A stretch of 64,000 bases of DNA, taken from NCBI GenBank assembly GCA_002633005.1, contig NMRA01000021.1, forward strand, positions 532,922 to 596,921. Direction: 5' to 3'. Each line of letters starts with the position of its first letter. Within the stretch, counting starts at the first letter, position 1. A program made the position numbers and the translations under genes. Origin of the DNA: Phoronis australis (taxonomy: Eukaryota; Animalia; Phoronida). This document shows positions 12,158-25,527 of the stretch, piece after piece. The notes below the pieces were generated by a model. The model was given only the letters and a program-made list of their open reading frames with translations, was not told where the DNA came from and searched no databases.

Positions 12158-13814
12158 CCTGTTTGACACGTGCTCCGTGTTTTTTTGCCTTTTTTTCTTG
12201 GATCATACTTCAGGAATCAAGGAAAATGCTTGATTTTTAGAGGTAAAAACAAAAAAATTTCCTGGCCGACCTCCCCCCATTCGGTGCTATGCGCATCTAC
12301 AATCGTGGTTCAGTTTGCGCAAATGCTTCCAGCCGGACAAAATGTTGGGGCTCCCCCCTTGTGATATCCTAGATCCGCCACTGCTACTGCCCGAATTTGT
12401 TCTTAGTTCATCCAAGTTTTGATTCACGTTTGCCACAATCTGAAGTCATAATTGCCGGGCCCAATTCGCCTAGAAGTGAAATGGACAATATACCCGCGCC
12501 TGATGTCAAATTCGCTTGAAGCCACTTGCTGTTAGTGCGGTAGTTTTGTTCCTTACTCAGATTACAGATGGTTTGCAGGCTACAGAAGAACTGAAAGGTA
12601 GTAAATAGGTGTGCCTAGCTTGACATAGGCCTTTACTTTCAGCTGTCACAGCTGACCATGCCCAAGCTCTTCCCAGTGTGTAAACCTAACTAGTCACATG
12701 ATCGGAAGAATATCAAAATAAATAGAAGATCTTAACTGCCAAGACTAATCAAAATTTATTACTTTTTCATCCAGATTATTTTTGTAAAACAAATTATTAA
12801 CAACAGACAAGTTTATTTTAACAAAAGTGTGTCACCCTGCAGTAGAAAGTCCCGGAGTTTTACCAACAGAGCAAATTGGTTGTTGTACACTGCAGCAAAC
12901 AACATTACAGCAAAAGCTCTGGTCATGCTTCTAATTTGTCTTACTTGAGTCGCCATTACTACATTACACAGCAATATCATTTAGACACATAAAGCAAATA
13001 ATTCTAACATACCTTCCATCACAAAAAACAATTCATGATTAAGATCACTCACTGTTATGAGACTGGTCTCAAATTAAAAAAAAGTACTGGTGGCCGGATG
13101 TCATTTGCGGTGCATCAGACGTGCGCAAGCCCCATGGTTGGGCCCACTGCACAAACACCTGAGTTAAAAACACAAGAACCCTGTTAGCAATCAACAGGTT
13201 CGTTGTGAAGGAAATTTTCAAGTCTGCATGTCTCCTTTAAGAAAATGGACAGATTGGTCTCAAACTGCTTGGTCAAATTTGAGCAGATTTCAGGGCTTTA
13301 AAAAACAAAAAACTGACAGTTTGTCATTGGTTGAGCCTGGCTCCACAGGATAGTTTGTCACAACCAAGATTTCATGCGTTGAACATGACTTCATGTAATA
13401 ACACTTCCAAGCAGACAGCAAGTGTCCAGACTAGCACATTTTTTCAATTTTGTTTAATAATACAGCCCTCATACATGTATTTTCTCCATTAAAGTTCACC
13501 TCGTCTTTCAAGAAAAATGGATGTGGTGAAATCACTGCTCGTCTGACACAAGAACAAGTTGATAACAATTTTAAAGCAGTCAGTGTTCTGAATCAAAAGT
13601 TTGCCTCTTGCACACAATACAGGTTTCTAGCTGCTGTTCTCTCATCATTAACATAAAACCAAAAAACCAAAATCTTCAATCAATATTTCAGGGCGCGATA
13701 AATTACAACAAATGTTGGCAACTACATTACACAAAATTTTCCATAAGAAATCTTATGATAATTTAATATACAGTCGTCATATAGCTTTCGCTGTTTCAGT
13801 TACATTAAATAGAA

Positions 13815-16800
13815 TTATTGATTTCTTATCAGGTCACTGTCACAAGGGGGTCGACAGGCTTGACGAACGCTCATTTCCTGTAAAACAATAAAATACATAT
13901 TTAAGCACCAAATAATCCAAGTATCACATTTCCAATTCTTTGATCATAAATTTTACTCTCCATTGTCCCCCTACCTCACGTAGGCCATTCAAAACAATCT
14001 ATAGGGCTATAGACTTCCTGATTAACTGAGGTGAGAAACTACAAAAAGATTTCACTAGCCAGCCACTTTTTATTGCATCTTACCCAAGTGTTTAGCAGTG
14101 CAGTGATGGAATACTTGTCTGACAGCTGAGACATCTTGGACTGCAGAGAGTCCTGCACAGACTTCAGGAACTGTGACGATTCTAAAACAGGGAAACAGAC
14201 AAAGTGAATGTGGTATTCAAATAATTAATAATTGTAAAAAAAAAACAAATCAGTGAAACATTGTAATGCTAACAGTGAGAATATTAATAAATAAAATTTA
14301 AAAACTAATAAATAAGAAATGTTTTTGGTCCTCAGCAAAAAATGTTTTGACACAGCGGTAATTCTCCACTGAGTTTGCACAAAATAATCGCCACAATTGT
14401 CATCTTCCAATGTTCAAAAGCTGTCGGATTACTTTGCTACAACAAAGGGAACTACCAAATATTGTTTTGTGGTGTCTACAAGCTACAAACCATGCTCTTA
14501 ATAGACAAAATTTTGCTATATCGTTACTTTTGGGGAACAATTACCATTTCACTTGTCAGTCATATTCAGGTGCAGATCCAGGATTTTGAGTTGGGGGGGG
14601 GGGGCAGGGCAGNNNNNNNNNNNNNNNNNNNNNNNNNNNNNNNNNNNNGGGGGGGGGGGGAGGCATGGCCCCCTTGGCCCCCCCCCCCTAAATCCCCCAC
14701 TGATATTGTGTGTTAAACGAGAAGAATTACTGTACTCACCATATTCCTCTGACAGCGGAGAGCACACCGGACTGTTGGCTGGGTAATTTTCTGGCACCAC
14801 AATACAGAGAGGAGGGACGCTTGGCAAATTTTTGTCATCTGCAAGTTTAGTTAAAAGGCTGGCCATTACTAATTAAACCAGATGTTGTCAGTCCTAACGA
14901 TTGCAAGATGGCCGATATAAATGGAAGCACTGCAATGGAGTCAGTTTCAAGAAAAATGACTTAAGGCTTAAAACAGAAATTTGGTCTTATGATCCACACA
15001 AGTAGTTATGAAAAATTATTAAATCTCAGTTGAGCAACAGTGTAAAGAAAATATACATGACTGCTACTTACTGAGATAATTTCATTTCTAGAGTGTGGTG
15101 TGCTCATAATTATTTGGCTCAACCTTTTTTCAACAACTTTGAAGTGGGACCATAACACCAAATTTCTATCTTAAAAGTCCTGTGCAACTTTCATTAAACG
15201 GACCCTGATGTTTTCAGCAGAGACAAATGTGCATGACGCCATGAGAAGTAGTGAATTATGCTTTTCAAGCAACGTGAAATCGTATTACCTAACTGACACA
15301 GCAGATGAAGAGCTTTGCGTTCACTGAAGGTTGGATCTAAATCAACCTTGAAACGTGCACTGAGTCTGGCGATTTCCCCTTGGATGACATTGGGCACAGC
15401 CTTCTGGTTATCATTTTCATCTGTCTTTCGGCGCTTGGCTGGCGGACTGGGAGCCCTGATAGTCAAAGAAAACGCAAACTAAACTTTCTGTGTACGAATT
15501 TCTGTAAAACGTTTTAAAAACTATCTTCACGTTTTATGACCACAAATCATCAAAAATTATTGCACATGATACAAGCCGATCTCCTTTCTTAAACATTCTA
15601 ACACATAAGCCACCAATCAGAGTATAAACCCATTTCATTATTTCTTACCATCTCTCACCTGTTCTACTCTTACAGTTCGCCGCATGTTAAACTAACTCCA
15701 ACTTTACCAGTAACTAAATGGGATTGCACAAAGCTGCCTAAAAAAACAAATTCCAAAAGTGCGTGGCGTTCATCACAAGCGCGTGTCACGCATGTCAATT
15801 TACAATACAAGCCATGGTCTTTTGCACAGATGCACGATAATACCATTATAGTCTTATAAATATCATGTCCTTGCTGCAATCAAATATCTACAAGTATCAT
15901 TCTCACCGTATAGGCGGACCCTGTATTGCATTGAGTGCCGGTCCAAATGTTCTGCTCAGGGTGTGGTTCAACATCGGTGACTTGCTGTGCTGCGCCACCA
16001 TATCAATTAGAGGCTGACACATATGATGGTGCTCCGTGGGCTTAGTTTGTACTGACGACTGAATAAGCAATAAGACTTAAGAAACAATGTAATATTAATG
16101 TAACAACTATTTAATACAGTTTTACTAACTCACCATGCAAAAAACCCAACACATAAGGCGACCTTAAGAGTTACAAACTTCACAAGTTAACCTTGTCACA
16201 ATTACGTCACACACTAATTCCATTCAAAGGTCATAGCCCTGTCACGGTTAATGTGGTCACAAGCACATGACTGAATACAAAAAGAATGAAGCACTGCAAC
16301 TAACGTGAATTTAACCATAGTTTTTAACTAGGCTAGAGATGGACATCTTTAACAATCATCTTAAAGAACGCCTTGTGGTGAAAAACTATGATGCATAGGT
16401 CTTAGCTCCATTTGAGTGTGTGACCTTTGACCCTACAGGTGCAATATACCAACCAGCACTATGTCAATGATTGTGAAAAGATTATTTTTAATTACTTCCA
16501 TGTCCAGCCAATGAGGTACACCAAGTGACAGGTTCCCCCATACATTTTATCAATCATTCTGAGCTCAGCTGTTCAAAACACATAGGGTGTAACAAAACAA
16601 ATGAGCCAGGACCATAAACCCTTTGTTACTTACACAAGCCAACAGAGGTAGTTGTATGGTTAAGAGCACGGTTCACAAAGCACAATTTCAAAGAGCCCAA
16701 TGTGTGTGAACGACACCCATGATTGACAACTGTCTGCAAAATTCTAAGTCCCTATGTGGACTAGCTATTCCTTCCAAGCCCCACAATGATTCGCACAAAC

Positions 16801-19800
16801 AAATTTTTTTACCAAACTACAAAGACTTTGAAAGACACCCTAAATGAATGTTATGCAACCTCCAGTGCATTGCAGAAGTCATCAACTGGCACAAAGTTAT
16901 GTAAAAGGGGAAACAGTAAGCAATACAACATGTGTTTGTACAGAGATAACCAGTCAAAGTACATCTCAACAGAATATACAATACAGGCCAAAAGTATTCA
17001 GACAAATGACCTAAAATTCCCCGTCACAACTGCTGGGCAGAAGCCAGATTCAACTTCAGAGTAATCTTCCCTCATAACCAAGAATAAAGGGGAATTTAAT
17101 GGAAAGTTAGTAAAGTGGATAAGCCGCTCTGTAGCTACAATTTTGATGCCCTAATAGTTATTACCAGTCACTTTTGATGTTAACAAAATTAGTTGTCATG
17201 ACAGGAAAACGTTATTTTGTCCGATTACTTTTCTTTAATACTATACTTGGCATCTCAGGTTTTATATGTAATTAGCATAATGCAAGTCACTTACTCCACC
17301 CCCAGGCCTCACCAGATCCATACGCTCCAATGCCATTTCACATTTCAACAGAGCTGCCATAGGCAATCTAAATAATGGAGAAAACAAAGCAAGTAAACAG
17401 AAAATCAGAGTGCACATCGTCCAGAAATAAAGCGCTTCGGACCTACTACAGTACTTTTTCATATTATCTCTCAAGACATTTTGATTATGGGGTGCAACAA
17501 GGTATTATACTGCAGACTAAGTTTTGATGCAAGTCGACATGTGACTTAACCACAAGTCATGTTTCAAAGGTTACCAAGAAGTTCGACCCCAGATATGTGC
17601 TGGCAGTAACACAAAAGGGTCTTGTAACACCAAGTTTTGTTTAAATATTCACACTAAAGAAATCCCATCTACATACAGACACAAGTATGGGTGCACAACA
17701 AAATGAATGGATGGTCCCAACTTACTTTTTAGATGGATCAGACAAAACATCCAACAGATTTTGCAGTTTACTCAGTGTAATTTCATCTTTTTTCCTGTCT
17801 ACAAAAGGAAAGTAAAAATGAGATTGAAAAGCAACAAATACGCTGGCACAAAGCAAACAACAAACAAGTGTTCATTACTTCAAAAAATGTCACTACAGAA
17901 ACAAGAGTGGTCAAATTCCAGCCTCTCTCATATATAAACAACTTTAGGCAGTTTCAAAAATTAATGAGAAACCATGAAAAGAAGAGAAAGAGCCAGCACC
18001 AAAATTGCCAAGAATATTGGAAATGCTCTGAAATGGATCAGAGATAGCACTTTGAAAATGAAGTTAAATACTTTATACTATGCATACATTAAAATTCCTC
18101 AACTCTCCAAAATATGTATCAGACAAGCAAACACAACAATACACAGTAAACAATAATGACTAATTCTAAAATTTGCCACTCGGGGGAACAGGAGCAGAGT
18201 ATGATGATCTTAAAATGTTACACACTGGATCTAAGGCAAAAACATGCAGTTTGCATCACAAATAAGAAATTCCAAAAACATACAGAATTTTATAGCCACC
18301 AGGTGGAATTGTATCAGAGTGGAGATTGCCGATGAAGAGTTAATGACAATGGAAAGTAAAGAATTTCCAGCAATACCTTTATTTTTCTTGATTTTGTTAA
18401 TCATACGACTCAATGGATCAATAAACTTCTGCAGTTGCTTCAGTTTATCACAGTATATCTGTTCTTGGTCTGGCTTCACACTCGGGCTGTGGGCCATTCC
18501 CACGGAGGGTGGATTGCCTGAAAACATGAAATGGGGACTGAATAATACAGAACACCTCAATCATTATTTTAAAGGTGCAACATGAAATAATTTGCTCAAA
18601 TAGCCTCACTCCAAATTCACCTCTTTTCTATAGGTAGAAAATATTGCATTTGTATGATTGACCCAGTTTTAGAAAGCTTAGGCCACTTAACATTTATGAG
18701 TGGCTACGGACTAGAGAAAACCCCAATAAATTATACAACACTCATCTTTTCAATTTTTGGTGGAACATTGCAACTACCAATTATATACAACAGAAAACTA
18801 ATTCGCCAACAAACATAGCATAATAAATGTTGCTTGCTAAGCAGTGGTTAACATGACTCTGCATTGTGGGTAATAATCACAGAGTCAGAAAGGGCGCTGT
18901 CATATTTTGCGAAGTGCCCATTGGATTTATTTTAAAACTTGGTGCACACAGTAGTTAAGCTAAATTTAGACAATACTTGTTAATATAGTTTCCACACTTA
19001 TTGCAAGTTAGTGAAAATTGTCGTCAACCAACTGCAAAATGTGACAGTTTTAATATTACTTCGGAGTAAGATGCATGGAGTGTAGTAAATGTGTTTCCTA
19101 TATTTTAATATATAACAACAAATCTACTAGCCAGTTGCTGGAAAATGCTCTGACAGCATTTCCAAATTATTAGTCCCAAGCAATACAGAATAACAATCCA
19201 CAGAATGTCACAGTCCAACAAATCGAGATCCCGTGTAGATCCCTCTGGGTAGAAGTGAAATGACCAGACTAACAGAAGCAGTTGTGACTGTGGACGCTGT
19301 CTGTGGACAGTAACTTGGTTCAAATATCAAGCACCTACATGGCTATTGACTTATAATATGCAACCTCTCTCTGGAAGACCCTAATGACTAAATACACATA
19401 AGAGGTTTCTCACGAGTTCAAAATCGGGTGCTTTGTTTAATGGGCCCCGACATATATGGCCTGCGCACCTCCAATGCAATTTTGGTATCCGACCATCAGC
19501 AATCGTTACAGATCAAAGTAAAACGTACCACCAGATGGCGTGTTGACATTGGCACTGCTGATGCTTGACCTGTGTGAGGCTGGAGAGGAGGATGTCTGTG
19601 GACTCTGAGGAGGCAAGAAGACACTTGCAGGAGAGTACTGCTGCAGGCTGGAATGAAAGCAGGCTGAATTACCATGACGACCAAAGTCACAAATGGCACT
19701 TCATCTCCGGCCAAAATAAACTACACAAACACTACAACAGTTCAGTAAATGCATAAAAAACAAGTGGTTTTGTATTACCATCATCCGTCAGGATACCATC

Positions 19801-22800
19801 TGCATGTCTTACTGATCAAAATTCAATGTTATAAATGCAACAGTTTCGTTTTCGAATAATTAAAAGTGCTACGCTATTCATAATTCTAGCACAAGAGCAA
19901 CAGAAATCACCTCAAACGCTATGCTTCTAAGGGTAGTCATAATAATCACAATAAGTCTAAGACTAATTTGGCTTCTATGATATCAAAGATGAAAACGAAC
20001 TGGTGTTGTGCTGGAGCACCTAGTCATAAACCTCGGTCAAGATTCATCAAAAATCTTTTACGTCATTTCAGCGATAATGAATAAGCAAAACTAAAATGGC
20101 CAACAAGCAGTGCTAAGTTAGTCCGATAATAGTCAACTTATGCTGGCCCGTCCCGTGTAAAATTTAGTTAAAAAAAGTCATTTTGTTCTAAATAATAAGC
20201 AATGGACAAGCAGCATCCTAATTTAGTCGACAGGGAAAAATAGCCAACAGCAGGAAATCTGTAAGAAAATCAACTGGCGCTGGTGTAACCCCACCACATA
20301 CTGCGCCAAGCTGTTTTGACAATAACTAAGAGAGAAACAATGTGTTGCTCAAAGATAAAACTATCAAGCAGTGTTTGAGATGCATTAATTTTCAAAATAA
20401 ATTGAGGAGACATCCAGAGAACTATGTCAGACTCCACCAAGCTATGACAAACATCTTGCTTGGCCCAGAAATATTTGGCAAAACAGTTGAACTTTTGTTA
20501 CAATAAATTCGCATTTTGTCGAAATTTACTCAGAGTTTAATGTGATGTTACTGTGCCTAACTAATAATTATTTATCTTTAAACAGACTTGCACAGAGACA
20601 CAATTTTGACAAAGTGCGCGGAGCAACACCTGTCGAGATTCAGCCATGATTGAAGCGAAGGCAAGTTAAAAAGATTCAAAACAGATATTCAGCCATTCTT
20701 TTGTTTAAGTCCCATTTTGACACTGTTCAGTTTATTTGGAAAACTACAATGAATAGATGGACAAGCAATGGTAACCATAGATGAGATGCTGGCTATAAGG
20801 GACCGCAATCTTTTGTGAGTGTATAAAAATCTTGTGAGAATGTGAAGCCACCACTACAAAATGACCTGCAGAGAACAATCTCACAGTCTTTCTTAAGCAA
20901 GTCCTACCTATAATGGACAACTTTACCTGGTAGCTGGAGACACAGGCGTTTGATAAGGGTTCATTGGCTGGCCAGGCATCTACAATATACAGCAGAAGGT
21001 AAAATGAAAATTTAGAACACCACCTTGTCATACTGAAGTACAGTACAAGACAAAAGTAATCAGACATGTCTGCTTATTCAGTTAACAGCAAAAATTACTG
21101 GTATGACCAGTAGGGTGACAGAATACCTTAGTCACCTTTACTACTTTTCCTGTTAATTCCGTATCATTTTTGCTTATGAAAAAAAAAACTACTCTAACGA
21201 TGAATTAGGTTTCTGCTCAGCAGTCATGGCAGGGAATTCCAGGTCATTTTGTCCGGTGTCTGCTTTTGGCTAGTACTGTACACGTAAACAGAATGCATAC
21301 ACTATCACACTCGTCTTAGTCACCATCCAGGGCATTTCACTTGTGAAAGTAAAAAATCATAAGGTAGGAGTTAAGGTAGGCATGTGTGCTGAAAAACAGA
21401 AGTAGACAAAGTAGTAAGGAGCGCACCATCTAGAATGGAATGATTACACACAGTAATTAGTGTTCTGTAGCGTCCAGGCTTTTTAAGAAGCAAATCTTTA
21501 AATGTTCAGAAGCAAATCATTTGCATCTACAATGAGCTGGCCACATGATGCTAAAATATAGAAGTCACTGAATATGGTGTTAGAATGCACATGTTCCAAA
21601 AGAACCATTTCATGTCTCCTTCAGTAAAGAGCAGTAGTGTATGGGTATTTTCTTGTCCGTATACAGAAGGGCAACACAGAAAGTGATTGATAGCTATAAT
21701 CAAGTCTCAGTCTTATCAATTATGGGTGATCAGTAAGCTGAACATGGATGCTTAGAAGTGATAGTAGACACAGATACATCAAATTTCATGAAGATCCATT
21801 GAGGAAGAGACAAAATATCTACTAGGGGGTGCCACAGTACCTTGGACATATAAGAAAACCAATGTCAGCTGTGCTCTCCTCAATAGGAAGTCATCTGCCA
21901 TAATAATCTCTGAGCAGTTTGGTGGATAAAGACGAATATCAGAAAAAAATCCAAAGATGTTATTGTCATACTTGCAAAATATAATACAAGAACTTGGTAG
22001 ATGCAGAGGCAAATGTAAAAAAGCTAAAATTGTTATTAGAGTGCACAGTCGTAGCAGAATCCACTGGCATCATTTGTCGGCATCTTTACAGGGACACATT
22101 AACCAAATGTCATGAAGACCTTGGTAGTTTAGGGGATACAGCAGTGTATGCACGCCACCTAGACAAAGATGACAGCAACATCCAGCCACACAATGTGGTC
22201 ACAACAAAATTAGCTAATGTTTCTTTCATACCGACTGCTGTGGATAAGTGCCAGGTCTCTGTTGTGATGACGCTTGTTGGGGAACCATCTGCGGCTGCGC
22301 CATCTGTTGGGAGACCATTGGCTGTGGCGCCATCTGCTGAGGTGGCATCGGCTGAGGCATTCCCATGTCAGGACGAGGTCCTTGCATTCTTTGTATTGAC
22401 ATTATGCCAGCTGGGATTTAAAGTAGAAGCCAGTGAGAGGCTTTTAGGATGCAGTTGGGGCCGATCACTTTAATATGACTGGTGCATTTAGAGATTTACT
22501 AACAGAATTATCTTACTAGCTAATCTACAGCGCAGCATTGTTCACAAGTAACTGGAACATCTAGAAGAGCGCATGTGCTGGACAGGTTGTTTAACAATGT
22601 ACAGATTTAGAAGAGATCCCTACCTGATGCAGACTGTTGTGTCATGTTTTGAAGAGCATTGATGGGGTCGGAGGTCATCCCAGCATGCATAGCGCTGGGC
22701 TGTTGGACTTGTGGCTGTGGGTGATTCTGATTTTCTGCAACATTGAACAACAAGTTGTGCAGTGAAATCCAACTGGACACATATTTTATTGAGTAAGCAA

Positions 22801-25527
22801 AATTTGTTTTATCTAAAGGTCTAACCTCAAAGAATAGAACAACTGTACCATAATAGATCTTTGTCCAAGATAGGCAAAGGGCCGATTAGGCTGACTTATG
22901 CGTCTGCCAGCATATTGCTTACTCTGAAGCTCACAACTGACTGTTTCAATCTAGTTTAACTAAGTACAAGCTAACCTTATGTTTGTGAGGGTCGTTACAC
23001 AAACTGTTATTTCTGAGAGTTTTTAATCAGCGTTAATCACACATTCAACGAGGAAACAACACGACTGCACGGCACTCATGAACATCCACAGTCCCTCACT
23101 TATAAACATGGCTAAAAGGGCCTGTAAAACTCAACTCACCCTCTTACAAACACAAGTCACCAAGTGTCAAAATGGTGCCAGACACAGAAAACATGGCCGA
23201 CACATACAAAAAAGCTTCCCACTTGTAAGCAAGACACATTGAACACCACTGTCTGTGAACACCAGCACAAGTACACGAGTCAGTGTATTAGTCTATTCAC
23301 ATGCATTTAAGCATGTTATGTGAGTCCAGCGCTATGTTGGGTACTGCTAGCCGACCTGTAATGCCGGCAGTTTGTACCTTACTAAACTAAGTTTATCAGG
23401 CAGTTGAGCCACGTTTCAAACTAAGCAGTATACCTACGAGTGTGGAGGCCATCTTTTTTAATCTTCAGCATTGGCAGAGAATAAAATGGCATGTGCAAGA
23501 ATGCAACATAAAAATGAGACATCATAAATTCCCAGATACAAACTACAAGGTATCTATATTTCGTGCTCTTTACGTAAAATTTATGCTAAAAATATGTTAA
23601 AAATTCCAAAAGATGTTTTCAGTTGCCTAAATATAACAAAAACTCACTAATGTCACGCAAGTGCAGAATAAGCTTTGCCACCAGACCAAGGTAGGTTTGC
23701 TGAAAACAAATGAGAAGTCATACAAGTAATTCAATAAATGTTCCAATTTAACAGAAATAAAGTCAATTCCAAGTTCAACTGATAGTCAAGAGGAAATTCA
23801 TTTTATTTCCATTGCGCACAAGGTAAATTGGTTTGGTCTTCCCTTAGTATGTGTATCATATTTTCTAATTAATGAAAATGCAATTATAATAAAATATAAC
23901 AAACAAGTATTAAAAGCAGATTGAAATTGACTTAATAACCAAAAACAGATTTATATTTCTGTGTTGTTTATTGATCAGATTCATGCTGCAACTAGCAGCA
24001 AATGAACTTGTGACCTAGTTTGAAGAGTTCACATGCAGGCCATATGGACATTCTAGGTCAACTGTCAACTGCTTGTGTTTACCACCAAAACATCAAAATT
24101 GCAATTGAAATCAGTCAAGACAGGAAATAACCAAATAAACCGCAACCAAGAAATCGTCTTCACTGAACAATGACATATTTTTAACCTTCTGTAACAATTG
24201 AGCATATATATTTACATGACTTAACTTATGTGCAAATCACACCAAGATTGAAGAACAATATATCATTGAAAAGGAACAACCATAGATTGTCATGAAGGCT
24301 TTTTCATGATCATTTTTCATGTTCAGTCATTGAAGCTAAAACGTTTGCAGAACAACACGAGGACTATGTCTATTCCTTGAAGTTGTCATTGACTGCAACT
24401 GTTTTGAATGCATATTCAAGTTTACTAAGACACCAACCAGTCAGTGCTTTTAGAGTGAAATTGAAGAATATCAGCGTTTGTTCAAGTTTTAGGCTGTTGT
24501 AGAGATGGAAGTGTCAACCAGTAGGGAAGAACAGCACAAATAAAACTTTCTGGTTTCAGTGCAAACCTACACGCATATTGTGCTAACATGAGCATAAACT
24601 CACCCTGTTGGAAGAGCGGCTGAACACATGGTTTTCCAGTTCCTCACTATTCTTGTTAATAGGACTTGGAGACTGGCGAACTGCTTCCTCACTGAAACAT
24701 ATCATCAATGAAGGAGACTATTCGCAGATAAGGGAGATGCTTGCTATATGCAGAAAAATACTTATTGTTACTACAACTATTGTTCATTTAAGCCCAAAGT
24801 GTCGCGCTTTTAAACAAAGAGAAAGTGCAAGACACGCGCTCGCTCGTAATATGAGTATACTTGACTAACTCAGTTTGTGATTTTGTGCATCCTGCTGACT
24901 GGCCCGACATAAAACTATTTATCTTAATTCATAAAAGAATTGTACAACATTTAACTGTGAAATCCAGGGACAATTTCAACATGTTTTCTTCAATTGATAA
25001 AAAAGACATGCAAAATTATGTCACACAACAGACTATTTTGTCTATTTTGATTTTGGATGCCTTTAGCACGATCGCAAATGCATGGAAACGTTAGTCGAAG
25101 CACGTACGTAACCGTTGTGCCTCTCAGCACAGCTTAACAATAGTTTATGGGTTTTTAATATTGAAGCTTTCTGAGCATGCAATGCCTTAGACAGTTGGAT
25201 ATAGTGCAATGGTCCTGAAAACCACTAGGGTAGTGCGCGGAACACTTTTTGATCCACCAACCTTTGTTACTGGCCAGCGCCGTAGCGTAGGCCTACAGGC
25301 TACACTACACTTCCTGAACACTGGAAGGCTGAACACGTCTGTATGCGGCAATGAACTAAGCCCAGATTCAGACTTTACTAGCAATATTATCACTGATTAT
25401 CGAGAAAACATGATTTTACGCGGACTTACATGGACTGGATGATTTTCTGGCGAAAACCAGCAGTCTTCCAGTCATCTGGGTTGACAGGCAAACCGTTCAC
25501 TCCTAGCTGCGACAAAGCCGGATCCAT
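13815..25527 (-). CDS. MED15: Mediator of RNA polymerase II transcription subunit 15 (ARC105), 15 coding exons, about 521 aa
   Basis: Phase-consistent GT-AG exons: 25430-25527, 24604-24691, 23648-23699, 22624-22734, 22232-22410, 20927-20979, 19529-19647, 18377-18517, 17726-17798, 17295-17367, 15907-16058, 15289-15455, 14740-14838, 14084-14181, 13815-13877. N-terminal KIX domain (DWKTAGFRQKIIQSIEEAVR...ELENHVFSRSSNRQTYLGLVAKLILHLRDI), DPINALQNM motif, YCDKLKQLQKFIDPLSRMINK, NHTLSRTFGPAL, VPNVIQGEIARL, DDKNLPSVPPL...PENYP and LLNTWEMSVRQAC all match the MED15 family. Small exons in the Q/P-rich middle may have been missed. Confidence 0.95.
14567..14702. mobile_element. MITE family B copy in a MED15 intron (interrupted by an N gap)
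   Basis: CAGGTGCAGATCCAGGATTTTGAG...G-runs...TAAATCCCCCACTG, flanked on both sides by ATATT. Confidence 0.6.

Noticed and set aside
21994-22473. 159-aa plus-strand ORF
   Set aside because: Antisense shadow of MED15 exon 22232-22410.
23434-23470. Possible MED15 micro-exon with a gtaggt donor
   Set aside because: The nearest acceptor gives an in-frame stop, and the flanking exons already join in phase.
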